Assembly: GCA_900128585.1 (NCBI GenBank)
Contig: LT642176.1
Coordinates: 1-42,444 of the forward strand
Direction: 5' to 3'
Length of the DNA stretch: 42,444 bases
Source of the DNA: Stramenopiles sp. TOSAG23-3
Taxonomy: Eukaryota
Positions 21,146-31,807 of the stretch are shown piece by piece; within the stretch, counting starts at the first letter, position 1, and every line of letters starts with the position of its first letter. The position numbers and the translations under genes are program-made. Under the pieces are notes generated by a model. The model made no database searches, had not been told where the DNA came from, and saw only the letters and a list, made by a program, of their open reading frames with translations.

Positions 21146-21250
21146 GAGAGAAGAAGAAGAAGAAGAAGAAGAAGAAGAAGAAGAAGAAGAAAGGAGAAGA
21201 AGAAGAAGAAGAAGAAGAAGAAGAAGAGAAGAAAGAAGAAGAAAAAAAAG
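21146..21250. repeat. (GAA)n tract
   Basis: Directly visible. An oppositely oriented (TTC)n tract follows at about 21400-21451. Confidence 0.95.
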
Positions 21251-21593
21251 ATAATAATATAAATAATATGAAATACAGGGAAACAGCAGTGGCAAACAAC
21301 GCAGGCAAAAATTTTGATTGTTGTTGTTGTTGTTGCTTCTTGTTGTGTTGTTTGTAGTTGTAGTACGGTTCCTGGTATTTATATGTATTTTTTTTTTAAT
21401 CTTCTTTCTTTTTTTCTTCTTCTCTTCTTCTTCTTCTTTCTTCTTCTTCTTGAATGAATGATGTGTTGTAATTTAAAACAAGCAAGGTTCAACTTACATA
21501 CCACCACCACCACCCACCACACTTTGAGCTTCACCACTCGGACATTGTAACCAACGACGATTTTGAGGTGTTTAATAGACACATTCATGAAGA

Positions 21594-21649
21594 GTAAGGT
21601 TATGCTGTAAAAAAAGAAAAAACGAACAGGCTAACAATCGACACCCCAG
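21594..21649 (+). other. Candidate 5'-UTR intron of the GH27 gene
   Basis: GTAAGG donor, GCTAAC branch point (21630-21635), CCCAG|G acceptor. Confidence 0.6.
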
Positions 21650-21670
21650 GTCAACGATAATTTAACGAAG

Positions 21671-23044
21671 ATGTCCCAGTGGAAATGGGCATTTGCCCTA
21701 CTATGGGCGGTTTGTTTTCAACTCTGCCGCGCAAAACGCGGCACTTTTGGGAAGCTCCCTGTTATGGGGTGGAGTGGGTACAACGCATTTATGCAAAATT
21801 CGGGGCATTGCGATGCGGCTGGTGCATCTGGGTACAATGAGACTACTTTTCTTGAGACAGCAGATGCCCTTGTCAAAACAGGACTGTCAAAGTTGGGCTA
21901 TGTATACCTTAACGCGGACGACTGTTGGATAGCCGAGAACAGGACGAAAGAGGGGAAGCTGACCGCGGATACTTCCCGTTTTCCACATGGCATGACCTTT
22001 ATGGCAAACCAGCTTCATAACAGAGGGTTAAAATTGGGCCTATACGCAGCTGCGTCTGTGGAGACGTGCCGCCAATTCCCGGGGAGTCAAGGATTCGAAG
22101 AAGTGGACGCAGCCACGTTTGCGAGGTTTGGAGCAGACTTTGTTAAAATCGACAGTTGCGGGGGCGTTTTGCCGTATGGAAAAGAAACCTGGTTTTTGCA
22201 ATACAGTCGATGGTCTGCTGCGCTAACAAAATCTGGACGGGATGTTGTGCTGTCGTGCTCGTGGGGGGTGTACTTTACAATATGCGCATCAAAATATCCT
22301 GCCGACCAGTGGGAGCAACAGTGCGGAGTGATTCCTTGGCAAAACGAAACCATATCTAACATTTGCCACATGTGGAGGTATGGCAGAGATCTGCGCCCGA
22401 CCTGGGAGGTGAAACAAACGTACAACCCCGGCTCTGGCAATGGTGGGGTCGGGGATGTCATAAATTACGCATCAACAATGTTTGCCTCTACGTATCGCTC
22501 CATTACAGGCGTAGGCGCGTTTAACGATCCAGACTTTCTGGTCGTCGGATGTCCAACAGACGGGCCGTGCGAGCCGTTTTCGAAAAATTCACGACCGAGA
22601 CGCCCAGCTCTCACGGATGTAGAGCAGAGGACTCAAATGAGCATGTGGTGTATTTTGGCTGCACCGTTAATAATTGGTTCGGACATACGACATTTAAACT
22701 CGCATGCGTTAGAGACCCTTTCGAACCGGCGCGCGATAGCAATCAACCAGGACCCGTTGGTCGCCCACCCTAGGTTATTGCTGAAAGATACCGACGGGCG
22801 ACAGATTTGGGCCAGGGAGCTCGCGAACGGAGACGTCGCTGTTGTTCTTTTAAACATGGCCTCTGAGGCACAGACAATTACGTTGCAGCTTGACGATATT
22901 GCTGTAAGTGCGATTGTTAGTGCAATAGATGTATGGGATATGTCAAAAGCTCCCGTTGTATATCACAACACGCTGACATGTTCCATAAATTCGCACGACG
23001 CAAAATTTTTCCGTTTGAGCACAAACGACGTAAGAGAGATTTGA
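21671..23044 (+). CDS. Glycoside hydrolase family 27 (alpha-galactosidase/alpha-N-acetylgalactosaminidase), secreted or lysosomal
   Basis: Signal peptide, PVMGW, YLNADDCW, RFPHGM, DFVKIDSC (nucleophile Asp), WRYGRD (acid/base), NDPDFL, APLIIGSD, AINQDPL. Confidence 0.95.
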   Translation: MSQWKWAFALLWAVCFQLCRAKRGTFGKLPVMGWSGYNAFMQNSGHCDAAGASGYNETTFLETADALVKTGLSKLGYVYLNADDCWIAENRTKEGKLTADTSRFPHGMTFMANQLHNRGLKLGLYAAASVETCRQFPGSQGFEEVDAATFARFGADFVKIDSCGGVLPYGKETWFLQYSRWSAALTKSGRDVVLSCSWGVYFTICASKYPADQWEQQCGVIPWQNETISNICHMWRYGRDLRPTWEVKQTYNPGSGNGGVGDVINYASTMFASTYRSITGVGAFNDPDFLVVGCPTDGPCEPFSKNSRPRRPALTDVEQRTQMSMWCILAAPLIIGSDIRHLNSHALETLSNRRAIAINQDPLVAHPRLLLKDTDGRQIWARELANGDVAVVLLNMASEAQTITLQLDDIAVSAIVSAIDVWDMSKAPVVYHNTLTCSINSHDAKFFRLSTNDVREI

Positions 23045-23110
23045 GATTGAAAATAAGTTTTTAAACAATATTTTAGTTAACGCACACACACACATTTAAT
23101 TTTACTCTCT

Positions 23111-23136
23111 AAATAACAGCCAATTTTTTGTTTTTA
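23111..23136. repeat. Dispersed motif, copy 2
   Basis: AAATAACAGCCAATTTTTTGTTTTTA in the convergent spacer. Confidence 0.85.
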
Positions 23137-23185
23137 ACAATAACATATGATACATGAAGGAAGCAAATATATTATGATGGTGCGA

Positions 23186-24400
23186 TTAGCACTGGTGAAA
23201 GATTTGCTTTGACACCAAAGCTGCCGTTGTAAACGTGCCTGTAAACGCGCCGATTTGGCCAACGATAATGACCAATTGAAGTGCCTTCTCTTTGATCCTT
23301 TGGTCCCTGATGGTCCGCCCAGGGACTAAGAATACCAGCGTTTCAATGTATCCATTGAGCAACCCAAACAAAAATGCGCCAGCGTAGGAAGATATTCGCT
23401 GAGACAAAGTGTTTTTCTGCAAAGATACCCCTTGAAAAAATGACATTCCGAGCACAATCCCCATTCCCGCAGCCAGGAGTGGAAGCAGCCTGTCCGTTCG
23501 ATTGAAAAATGTGCTTGCCCATCTTCCAAGCACATTCGCGATTGTATTTGCTTCTTGCAGCCAAAAAGTAGGTGTATTCCCGCATAACAAGTACGGCACT
23601 ATCCCTGGAACGTACGCGTAATTGAACAGGCAATTAAAAAATTGTACCGCGACTGGCATCTTTGCTGCTTTCAACGCGTTCAACCACCCCTCCAAGTTGC
23701 CCTTCTCGGTCTCCCGATCCGCCTCGCCTTCTTGGATCCCCCTTTCCAGCAACGGCGCTGACTTGACAACTTTCTCATTCCGCTCACGGTCAAGGATATG
23801 GAAAAATACCGCGCTAACAATCGTTATGGTGGTCATGCTAAGCATAAATACGAACGGAGAAAATGTTTGCTTTTCCGCCCCTGCGCCTTGGACCAACCCA
23901 ATAACGCCAGCGATAACCCCAGAACTTGCGGTCCCAGTCGACACTGCCGACGTAGCTCCTGGTGGGAACTCAGAGACCCAGGGGTATATAACGGTGAGGC
24001 CGATAATTCCCACCAGACCTCCAGTAAACGTAGTGGACAGCAACACAACGGAAACACCTCCAACTGTAACGTCCCAAGCAAAACACAAGATCATGCAACT
24101 TACAAAGCAAAGCCCGAGCAAGGCCCAAATAGTGTAGGACAAGGACAACCACCGGCTGTTTTTGTAGCGGTCGCGAAGCCAGACGTACAACAAACCAACA
24201 TTAGCAATCTGGGTTATGGCACCGGCCTGAGACGACAGCTCTTTCCCCTCTGGCAATATCTTGTTAAAGACCGCCAGTTCTACAAAAATCCCATTCACAA
24301 GAAGCCAAGGGAACATTCCAACCGAGAAGAACATAAGCCATCGCGCGGCGCCAACGTCGTCACTCGGCCGGGGAAGCAACGCAGAGTTTTCTTCCGACAT
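23186..24400 (-). CDS. SLC52-like (riboflavin transporter family) membrane transporter
   Basis: WLLVNGIFVEL...LPEGKELSS...QIANVG matches the SLC52 N-terminal signature. About 11 TM segments. Confidence 0.8.
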   Translation of the reverse strand: MSEENSALLPRPSDDVGAARWLMFFSVGMFPWLLVNGIFVELAVFNKILPEGKELSSQAGAITQIANVGLLYVWLRDRYKNSRWLSLSYTIWALLGLCFVSCMILCFAWDVTVGGVSVVLLSTTFTGGLVGIIGLTVIYPWVSEFPPGATSAVSTGTASSGVIAGVIGLVQGAGAEKQTFSPFVFMLSMTTITIVSAVFFHILDRERNEKVVKSAPLLERGIQEGEADRETEKGNLEGWLNALKAAKMPVAVQFFNCLFNYAYVPGIVPYLLCGNTPTFWLQEANTIANVLGRWASTFFNRTDRLLPLLAAGMGIVLGMSFFQGVSLQKNTLSQRISSYAGAFLFGLLNGYIETLVFLVPGRTIRDQRIKEKALQLVIIVGQIGAFTGTFTTAALVSKQIFHQC

Positions 24401-24576
24401 CTCTCTCTCAACCCCGATGTTTAGTATCGCAACCCTCGAATCCTACAACGTCCTACTATAGTTCGTGTTCCTCAAAAAACTGTCATCATACTTTCGCATT
24501 TTATTAAAGAACATGAGCGAACCGAACCGTCTGAACATGTTCACTTTTGTAAGCTGAAGAAATTAAAAAGTAATAA

Positions 24577-24748
24577 AAAAGAAGAAGAAGAAAAGAAGAA
24601 AACAACGAAGAAAGAAGAAGAAAGAAGAAGAAGAAGAAAAAAAAAAGAAGAAAAGAAGAAAAAAAAAAGAAGAAAAGAAAGAGAAGAAGAAAGAAGAAGA
24701 AAAAAAAAGAAGAAGAAGAGGAGGAAGAAGAAAGAAGAAGAAGAAGAC
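24577..24748. repeat. (GAA)n/A-rich purine tract
   Basis: Directly visible. Confidence 0.95.
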
Positions 24749-25321
24749 ACCAACAACAACCACAACTTGAATAAAATACTATTAGTCGTTCTATATTAAT
24801 AATACCGGTACGGTTGGAAGTAGGAACCTGGTACCTGGTATACTATCTATACATTTTAATAAGTATACAATAAGGAACCCGACCACCACCACCGCAAGGA
24901 AGGTAGTACCGTACCAAGATTATTGTAGTTGTAATAGATATTTAGTATTAAAGTCCAGGTGTTCCCATAGTAAGTACGGTACCTGTATTATATTATACCT
25001 GTACTTGGGAGTAGAGAGAAGAGAGAGTAGAGAGTTTCTTCATCATCGGATCATCATCATCATCGGGCGGCGGTATTATTAATTATTAATTAGGTATATA
25101 TCTCACTATTATTAAAGCTTTTTTTTTTTCATCAAGGGATATTTTGAATTAATATATATAATTTATATAATTGAATATTTGTGTTAGTCGTCATTTATTT
25201 AAAAGACAAAATAATTTTGTATTTGAAGGGCGAGGATGATATTGATTACAGCAGGCGAAATTGCAGCGAACGAAATAGAACGGGCGAAGGAAGTGCAGTT
25301 TTGTAACGCCAACCGCCGAGG

Positions 25322-26494
25322 ATGGACGCGAAAGCCGCGGGTAAGCGCACGAAGTCTCGGGGCCTTGGCCGTTTGAAATTTTTCTGCCAAATGTGCCAGA
25401 AGCAATGCCGGGATGATAACGGGTTTAAATGTCACACGCTCTCCGAAGGCCACCTTAGACAAATGGAACTTTTTCGGCAGAACCCTGGGAAAATGATGGA
25501 CGAATTCAGTAACAATTTTGAGCGAGGTTTTGTGAAGCTTCTTAGCATGCGTTGGAGGTCGAAGACTGCGAACGCGAACCAAGTATACAACGAATTTATC
25601 AAAGACAAAGAGCACGTCCACATGAACAGCACTAAATGGGAATCCCTGACAACATTTGCTCGCTACCTAGGCCAAACTGGCAAAGCTACTGTGATAGAGA
25701 ACGAAAAAGGACTGCAGCTGCGGTGGATCGACCCTGAGGTAAAGGAGCGTGAGGCGGAGCAGGCTTCGAAAGAGCGGTTGAAGGCCAGGATGCAAGAGAA
25801 GAAAAAAGCCAACCTGAAGCGTAAGATGGAGATTATGCGGGAGATGGACCTAACGCAAAACGTTCCCTCGCACGTCCCGACGGCGCTACAAAATCATTTG
25901 AAACCCGTGGAAGTCGTGCGCAGTGTAAATAATTCTAGTGGTACCAACAAGCGACGCAAATCTGCACAAGGATCGATTGGCTCTGTCCTTTTGCAAGCGG
26001 AAGACCGAGTCTTGGAACCTTCGGTCGACGCGGAGAAGAAGCCGGCACCTGGGCCAACATCCCTGCTGCCAGAAGGCTCAACTGGAAGCGCAACCGCTTC
26101 TAAATCTACGCCAGGTGCCAGCAGCGTGCCGCAAAAAGAAGCCGAGGAGGCGTGGCTGGCCAAGGGAATTGTCGTTCGGATTCTGGACAAAACCATAGGC
26201 GATGGAAAGTACTACCGCAAGAAAGGGGTTGTGAAGAAGGTCGTCGATCGGTTCGGCGCAAAACTGAAGATGGACGGTGGGGAAAAGCTCGTGTTGGACC
26301 AGCAAGCCCTTGAAACCGTGATACCAAAGCCCAAAAATAAATGCAGGGTCCGTCTGTTAAAAGGTCCCATGAAAGGCATGTACGGGATCTTGGTAGACCT
26401 TGATATTTCCAACTTCAAAGGGGTAGTTGCCTTGGAACAGGGGATGACGGTGAAGCTGGAATACGACGCTTTTTCGAAGTGCCCTGCGCCGTGA
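25322..26494 (+). CDS. KIN17: DNA/RNA-binding protein KIN17
   Basis: KSRGLGRLKFFCQMCQKQCRDDNGFKCH zinc finger, HVHMNSTKWESLT winged helix, C-terminal KOW/SH3-like WL..GIVVRI..YYRKKGVV..LETVIP. Confidence 0.95.
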   Translation: MDAKAAGKRTKSRGLGRLKFFCQMCQKQCRDDNGFKCHTLSEGHLRQMELFRQNPGKMMDEFSNNFERGFVKLLSMRWRSKTANANQVYNEFIKDKEHVHMNSTKWESLTTFARYLGQTGKATVIENEKGLQLRWIDPEVKEREAEQASKERLKARMQEKKKANLKRKMEIMREMDLTQNVPSHVPTALQNHLKPVEVVRSVNNSSGTNKRRKSAQGSIGSVLLQAEDRVLEPSVDAEKKPAPGPTSLLPEGSTGSATASKSTPGASSVPQKEAEEAWLAKGIVVRILDKTIGDGKYYRKKGVVKKVVDRFGAKLKMDGGEKLVLDQQALETVIPKPKNKCRVRLLKGPMKGMYGILVDLDISNFKGVVALEQGMTVKLEYDAFSKCPAP

Positions 26495-26791
26495 CGCGCG
26501 AAAGGGTTTTGCGTGGCGCGCAGAAGAGGTGTTTCCGAAGGGTAAAAAAAAAACAAATTAAAATACGTTAAATGTCGCTTTGTTTTCCACTGTTCTTCTA
26601 AGACCTAGATTTTCTTATTACTTCTTCGTGCCGTTCTATTTGTCGGTGGATTGCGCGTGCTTTGTTCCCTGTTGCTATTGTACAAGGGGTATCATGCATA
26701 TAGCAAGGTAGTATCATAATATGTGTTAGAATACCAGGGGCTTGTCTTCGAAACAACAACTCGGTTAATATAATATTTGGTATAATATAAC

Positions 26792-27235
26792 TTATTCATC
26801 AACGCCGTCAAGGTCACCATCGACATCGGATTGCTTGATTTTTCCTTTGTTGGCGGTGTTTTCGCGGTTTTTGCGTTCCAAGATAGCACGACGGGATTTG
26901 TCAAGCTTCAGTTTGGTGATTTGGACGTTGGAAGGGTGGATACCGACCTGAACGATGGCGCCGTTCTTCTTTTCCAAGGTTACTCGCTCGATGTGGATAC
27001 AGTATTTCCTGCGGTATACACTAATTACTTTTCCTTCTTGGTTCTTGTACTTGAAACCACGTACAACTTGTACTTCGTCGTCCTTGCGAATTGGCATGGA
27101 TCGTACGTTGTATTTCTGGCGAAGTTCGGCAGAAAGTGGGGCCGACATTCGGATACGACGTTCGGTAGAGGAAGCGCCGAAGTGAGCCTTGCGGCTCTTT
27201 CTGCGGGAGGATGATACAGTGCTCTTGAACTTCAT
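26792..27235 (-). CDS. RPL26: 60S ribosomal protein L26 (uL24)
   Basis: [51 protein letters not shown]. Strongly biased codon usage. Confidence 0.98.
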   Translation of the reverse strand: MKFKSTVSSSRRKSRKAHFGASSTERRIRMSAPLSAELRQKYNVRSMPIRKDDEVQVVRGFKYKNQEGKVISVYRRKYCIHIERVTLEKKNGAIVQVGIHPSNVQITKLKLDKSRRAILERKNRENTANKGKIKQSDVDGDLDGVDE

Positions 27236-27926
27236 TTTGTTTTATATTAGATGTTTTCTTAAATAAATTCTGTTTGCTAATTAATACCTGAGAACAAACT
27301 GTCACAACTTTTCGCTCCAACCACTACCTTTTACGTTCCGTTTCATCTCCTTCGTTCAGACAGGTCATCTTAGACAAGCCATTTCCTTTTGGTGTTTGGT
27401 TGTTAACTCGTCTCTGCTCGCTGATTTTTTTGAGGTGGGAGGATGGATGTTTTTAAAACAGGTAAATACAAGGGGGAATAAATACAATGTTGCCGCAATA
27501 CAAATCGATTCCTTTATACTTTAAGGATATATATATATATTATAAAATACTATGTTGTTTAAAACATATATTGTAATAAGTAGTATTATAAAACGAATTA
27601 GTTATATACACCTTAATAAATAAAGATTTTGTTCCAATTGTTGTATTGTGTAAATCACGTTATAAATGACTGGCCGTCGCTCGATTTGGCTGCTATTTCG
27701 CTTTAGAGTTTTTTCTTAACAAATAGCTGATTTTCTCCTGTATTGTACCCCTTAGAGATCAAAAAGAACAGGAATTGTTCTTATAAGTACGAATAATTCT
27801 ATCTACATTTTAAATTCAAACTATCAAAATTTAACATAATTTTTAGTTTTAGTTTTAGTTTTAGTGAAGTGAAGGAATGGGTGGAGTGGGAGAAAGTATT
27901 TTAATCCATTCTACCACTTTTAAATT

Positions 27927-28200
27927 AGAAAGAAGAAGAAGAAGAAGAAAGGAGAAGAAGAAGAAGAAGAAGAAGAAAGAAGAAGAAGAAAGAAGAAGAA
28001 AGAAGAAGAAGAAGAAGAAGAAAGAAGAAGAAGAAAGAAGAAGAAAGAAGAAGAAAGAAGAAGTAGAAAGAAGAAGAAGAAGAAAAAGAAGAAGAAAGAA
28101 GAAGAAGAAGAAGAAGAAGAAGAAGAAAAAGAAGAAAAAGAAGAAGAAGAAGAAGAAGAAAGAAGAAGTAGAAAGAAGAAGAAGAAGAAAAAGAAGAAAA
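27927..28200. repeat. (GAA)n microsatellite tract
   Basis: About 270 bp of nearly pure purine. Confidence 0.95.
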
Positions 28201-29033
28201 GAGCTGACGACTGATTGAGTGAGTTCGTGAGTCGAATTTTATTATTATAGAAGAAGAATCTATATAATTAATACATTAATACAACAATTTATACTTAAAT
28301 TTATATTTTATTTAATATTGTACATTATAACTTATTAGAATTCGTATAGCCAAAGATATACGTAGTACAGACAATAGGACACACTAGTCTAATATATAGA
28401 CTATATACAAACAATGCCAAGCCCTTGAATTTTAGGAAGGAATGTATTTGAATTAAATTGGTTATTACTTTACTACCAGTATTATTGTTATGTAGATCAT
28501 TTCTCGAGTGGAGCATTGATTCATCCTTGATAGAATATACAGTACTAACAATGAATCACCATTATAGTCCAAACAATAAAACTAAATATAATGTAATAAT
28601 GGACTGTCTATTTTTAATATCAAACATATATATATAAATACCTTAATTTATACTCCAAGTCTGTCCCCCCCCCCCTTTTCCATTTTCTATTTATCCGTAC
28701 AACCCATTTTCTCCTCATTTGTTAGATAGAGTTTACATAAATAATGTAATCGATATGTTGTACTCCAATTAAATTTCTAATTATTGAATGTATATAAATT
28801 AGGTATATTTATGTATAATTAATTATAATATTATGAAATACTTCTTCAAGAAAAAATTAAAAAAAAATATAATAATAATATCCAAGCTTTCTTTTTCGTT
28901 CTCTTCCTTCCTATTTCCCCTTCTTATAATTATTATTATTATAATATATGTAGTACCAACAAGGTCTTCTTAAATAATTTCTTCCTTTCTGCTTTCTGGC
29001 TTGTAACGTACTCCATTTCAAAGCATTCAAGAG

Positions 29034-29126
29034 ATGGGTGGGAAAACGTTAATAAACGCAAGCAGCGAGTTCACCATCTTCGTGTTCAAACCGATAAAGC
29101 AAAGACTGACCGCCCCGTTCACATAG
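29034..29126 (+). other. Candidate uORF (30 aa) upstream of the 29320 gene
   Basis: ATG at 29034 reads MGGKTLINASSEFTIFVFKPIKQRLTAPFT to TAG, followed at once by a GTAAGT...CAG mini-intron (29129-29167). Confidence 0.4.
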
Positions 29127-29319
29127 GAGTAAGTCAGTTTCTTCTTTTTCTGTCCCATCACGCACAGGCCGCAAGTCTTCCAGAACTTTACAGACCAACC
29201 CGTAGCCCGGCCCAGAACCTTTCGGCGTGACTCCACGTAGTAGCAACGTAACCAACAGTGGTAAGACCGCCGTTGCCCGCGCTTAGAAGCTACACAGTCA
29301 GCCAGGATATCAAGGTACA

Positions 29320-30219
29320 ATGTCTTACGTAGTCTCCCTTAAAATCTCGACGGGTGTACAAAGTCACTACATACGTAACAACAAGAGCAATGGACAAAAG
29401 AACATTCGCTGCTTCCCTCGTTGCGCCCTCACGGGGCACCGCGTCGCTGGGTTCTGCGGGTCGGGGATCAAGGCCTCCGTGAGCGTCTCTGCCGCCAACA
29501 CTGCTTCTAAAAGCCGCCCGGTAAAAAAGCAGTCGAAGAAGGATGCGAAAGAAGAGGAGAGCAACGGCACCGTAGGGGAAGGGAAGACTAGCGACGTCCC
29601 ATCCGATCAGAAGTTCGACTTTGACGACCTGGTCGTGGTTGCAGAATTTTTGATGTGGGACCCGGACCATAAGCCGTCGGAGTCGCAGATTAAGACTGGT
29701 ACCTTCTACGAAGCAGACCCGGTACTAGCACTCGTCAAAACCCGTGGAAACAGCCTTGCTCCGCTGTTTCGCGCGAATAGCCCGGAAGATGCTGAAGGCG
29801 ACGTGAGTAATGGTAAATCGTCCCTGGCACCTGACAAGAAAGAGAAATCCTTTGTAATAGAACCTACATGCTGGCATTATGGGTGGAAGTCCCACAAACA
29901 CTCCAATGGAACGACCCACTTTCTGCGCGTATACGCCTTTCAGCGGGTACGAGACGAATCCGGAGAAAATTACCTGAAGTGTTTGGCGTACGACGATACG
30001 TCCCGTTTCACCATCTCTAGTAGCAAGCGGTACCAGCGTCGGAGCGATGGGAACATGCGCGATATCTCCGGCGCGCCCATTGCGAAGCGCCGGAACATTG
30101 CTAGTGAAAAGAAACAAGAACGTGCAAAAAAAGCGCCCGGGAAGAAAGAGGATAAGAAAAAAGGCAAACGCCCCGCGACGTCAACAAAATCGGATGCGAA
30201 GCGAGCAAAGAAAAACTGA
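29320..30219 (+). CDS. Hypothetical nuclear protein; candidate Zn-binding Ig-fold DNA-binding domain
   Basis: 299-aa ORF. RCFPRC..GH..GFCG cluster, beta-strand-rich core (WHYGW, HFLRVYAF, SRFTISSSKR), Lys/Arg-rich tail. Confidence 0.75.
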   Translation: MSYVVSLKISTGVQSHYIRNNKSNGQKNIRCFPRCALTGHRVAGFCGSGIKASVSVSAANTASKSRPVKKQSKKDAKEEESNGTVGEGKTSDVPSDQKFDFDDLVVVAEFLMWDPDHKPSESQIKTGTFYEADPVLALVKTRGNSLAPLFRANSPEDAEGDVSNGKSSLAPDKKEKSFVIEPTCWHYGWKSHKHSNGTTHFLRVYAFQRVRDESGENYLKCLAYDDTSRFTISSSKRYQRRSDGNMRDISGAPIAKRRNIASEKKQERAKKAPGKKEDKKKGKRPATSTKSDAKRAKKN

Positions 30220-30578
30220 TTTTTTCGGGCGCGCACGTTTTGTCGCCGACGCAAGAATCAGCAATAGAACAACGAGCTGATACCTTGCCCTTGCGATGCA
30301 GATGTGCCGATGCCCCATGGCGGCACACCAGGTCCAGCAGCTTGCCAAGCCAGCTACGATTAGCATTACCCTCTCAGCAACCGAAAAACTGATAATTAAG
30401 AAAAAAATACTTTCTACATTTTACACGGTAAATAAATTACACAAGATGTTAAATATCAGTTGTAAAAAACAAAAGATTTTGAAAAATTAGTAAGTTAAAT
30501 TTAAAGCGATTGGTACAGTCATAATTTTTTAAAACATTTTTTAACAGGGTAATGAATTTAATTACTATCATATGATAT

Positions 30579-30607
30579 AAAATAACAGCCAATTTTTCTT
30601 GTTTTTA
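30579..30607. repeat. Dispersed motif, copy 3
   Basis: AAAATAACAGCCAATTTTTCTTGTTTTTA, flanked by imperfect direct repeats ATGAATTTAA(A)TT(T)ACT(T)ATCATA. Confidence 0.85.
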
Positions 30608-30839
30608 TGAATTTAAATTTACTTATCATACAAAATCCTCTAGACTCGTCGTGCGTTAAAATTTAAATTTACACTTTAAGAAATCCTTCTCGTCCTACGG
30701 TGTGTGTTTTTATTATTTCTGCCAACTCGACGACGTTGGGAGTGTTCGACCGCCTTTTCTGCGCCTGCCGTTTTATTCTCTTTCTCATCACATTTAAAAC
30801 ATGTTACTCGCGCTTTATCCTTTTCAGATATGTATGTTT

Positions 30840-31712
30840 TTATTCTGCAGCGACGACTTTGGGCTGTCCGGTCGCCTTTTCTGCGTCTGCTGTTTTATTC
30901 TCTTGCTTCTCCTCTACTGGGGCCTGAGAAGCTGGGGGGGGGGCATCCGCATTTCCAGTTTCTGTTGGGGCTGCTTCGGCTGCCGGTGGTTTTTCAGGAT
31001 TCTCACTATTTTTTTCTTCCACGGGGGTTACTACAGCAGCCTTTGGTGCCGGCGTTTCTTCGGCAACGGGTGCAGCCACTGGAGCCGCCGCGTCGGGCGT
31101 TTCACCAGTAGATGCGTCAGCTTGCTCCGTTGCCTTTTCTTCCGGCACAGGTTGAACGACTCCAAACTTCTCCAGGCATTCCTTCGACATGGTGTTCAGA
31201 TTGAAAAACCCTAACTCGTTGACGAAAGTGAGGTAGTCGGTTTTGCTGACCATGCCCTGCGCTGTAAACTTCTTTCCCGTCTCTTTCTCAATTAAATCCT
31301 CGACGGCTTCGCCATTCATGCCCGTTGCTATACCTATCGCTCGCAAAAAGCACAAAACTAAAATGGTCATTTCATCGTACGTGATCGAACCATTATTGTT
31401 GAAATCAAAGCAGTCGAAGACAGTGCCCGCCTTCAGCTCTCGCTCCCCTTCGCAGACAAGGGTGATTGCGGTTAGGAACTCAAGCGCATTTATCATTCCA
31501 GCGCCTCGGTCAAACGTTTGTAAAATACTATCGGCTTCCTCCGGCGTTACAGCGTCTTCCATAAAATCTAGAAGGGCAGGCTTGTCGAGACCAAACTCAC
31601 AATCTTTGTCTTTGTAACGCTGCACAATCTTTTTAATAGACGCTACCGGAAGCTCACGATACTTGTCCAGGGTCTTGGCATGCTGCTCGTTTGAACTAAT
31701 CTCTGCGCCCAT
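30840..31712 (-). CDS. N-myristoylated EF-hand calcium-binding protein (calcineurin B/NCS-like) with Ala/Pro/Glu-rich tail
   Basis: MGAEISS (MGxxxS). Canonical EF loop DFNNNGSITYDE plus a degenerate FDRGAGMINALEF. Confidence 0.85.
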   Translation of the reverse strand: MGAEISSNEQHAKTLDKYRELPVASIKKIVQRYKDKDCEFGLDKPALLDFMEDAVTPEEADSILQTFDRGAGMINALEFLTAITLVCEGERELKAGTVFDCFDFNNNGSITYDEMTILVLCFLRAIGIATGMNGEAVEDLIEKETGKKFTAQGMVSKTDYLTFVNELGFFNLNTMSKECLEKFGVVQPVPEEKATEQADASTGETPDAAAPVAAPVAEETPAPKAAVVTPVEEKNSENPEKPPAAEAAPTETGNADAPPPASQAPVEEKQENKTADAEKATGQPKVVAAE

Positions 31713-31807
31713 GACTTACTCTTAATAATAGAAGTCGTTCGAGTGTTTTTGCTTTTAGGAAACTTCCTTGTCTTTATCTAAAAGCAATCGATTTCATTTA
31801 AAAAAAT

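Noticed and set aside
2614..26494. Functional cluster of genome-maintenance genes (ORC1, WDR76-like, KIN17) or glycosylation genes (SLC35A, GH27, LicD)
   Set aside because: They are interspersed with unrelated housekeeping genes in mixed orientation, which is compatible with ordinary gene order.
27290..27432. Possible snoRNA upstream of RPL26
   Set aside because: CTGA and GATGA words occur, but I found no properly arranged C/D boxes, terminal stem or rRNA guide.
27840..27863. (TTTTAG)4 as an interstitial telomere repeat
   Set aside because: Lacks the GGG run of telomeric repeats and is only four units; a simple microsatellite like (GAAATT)4 at 14765.
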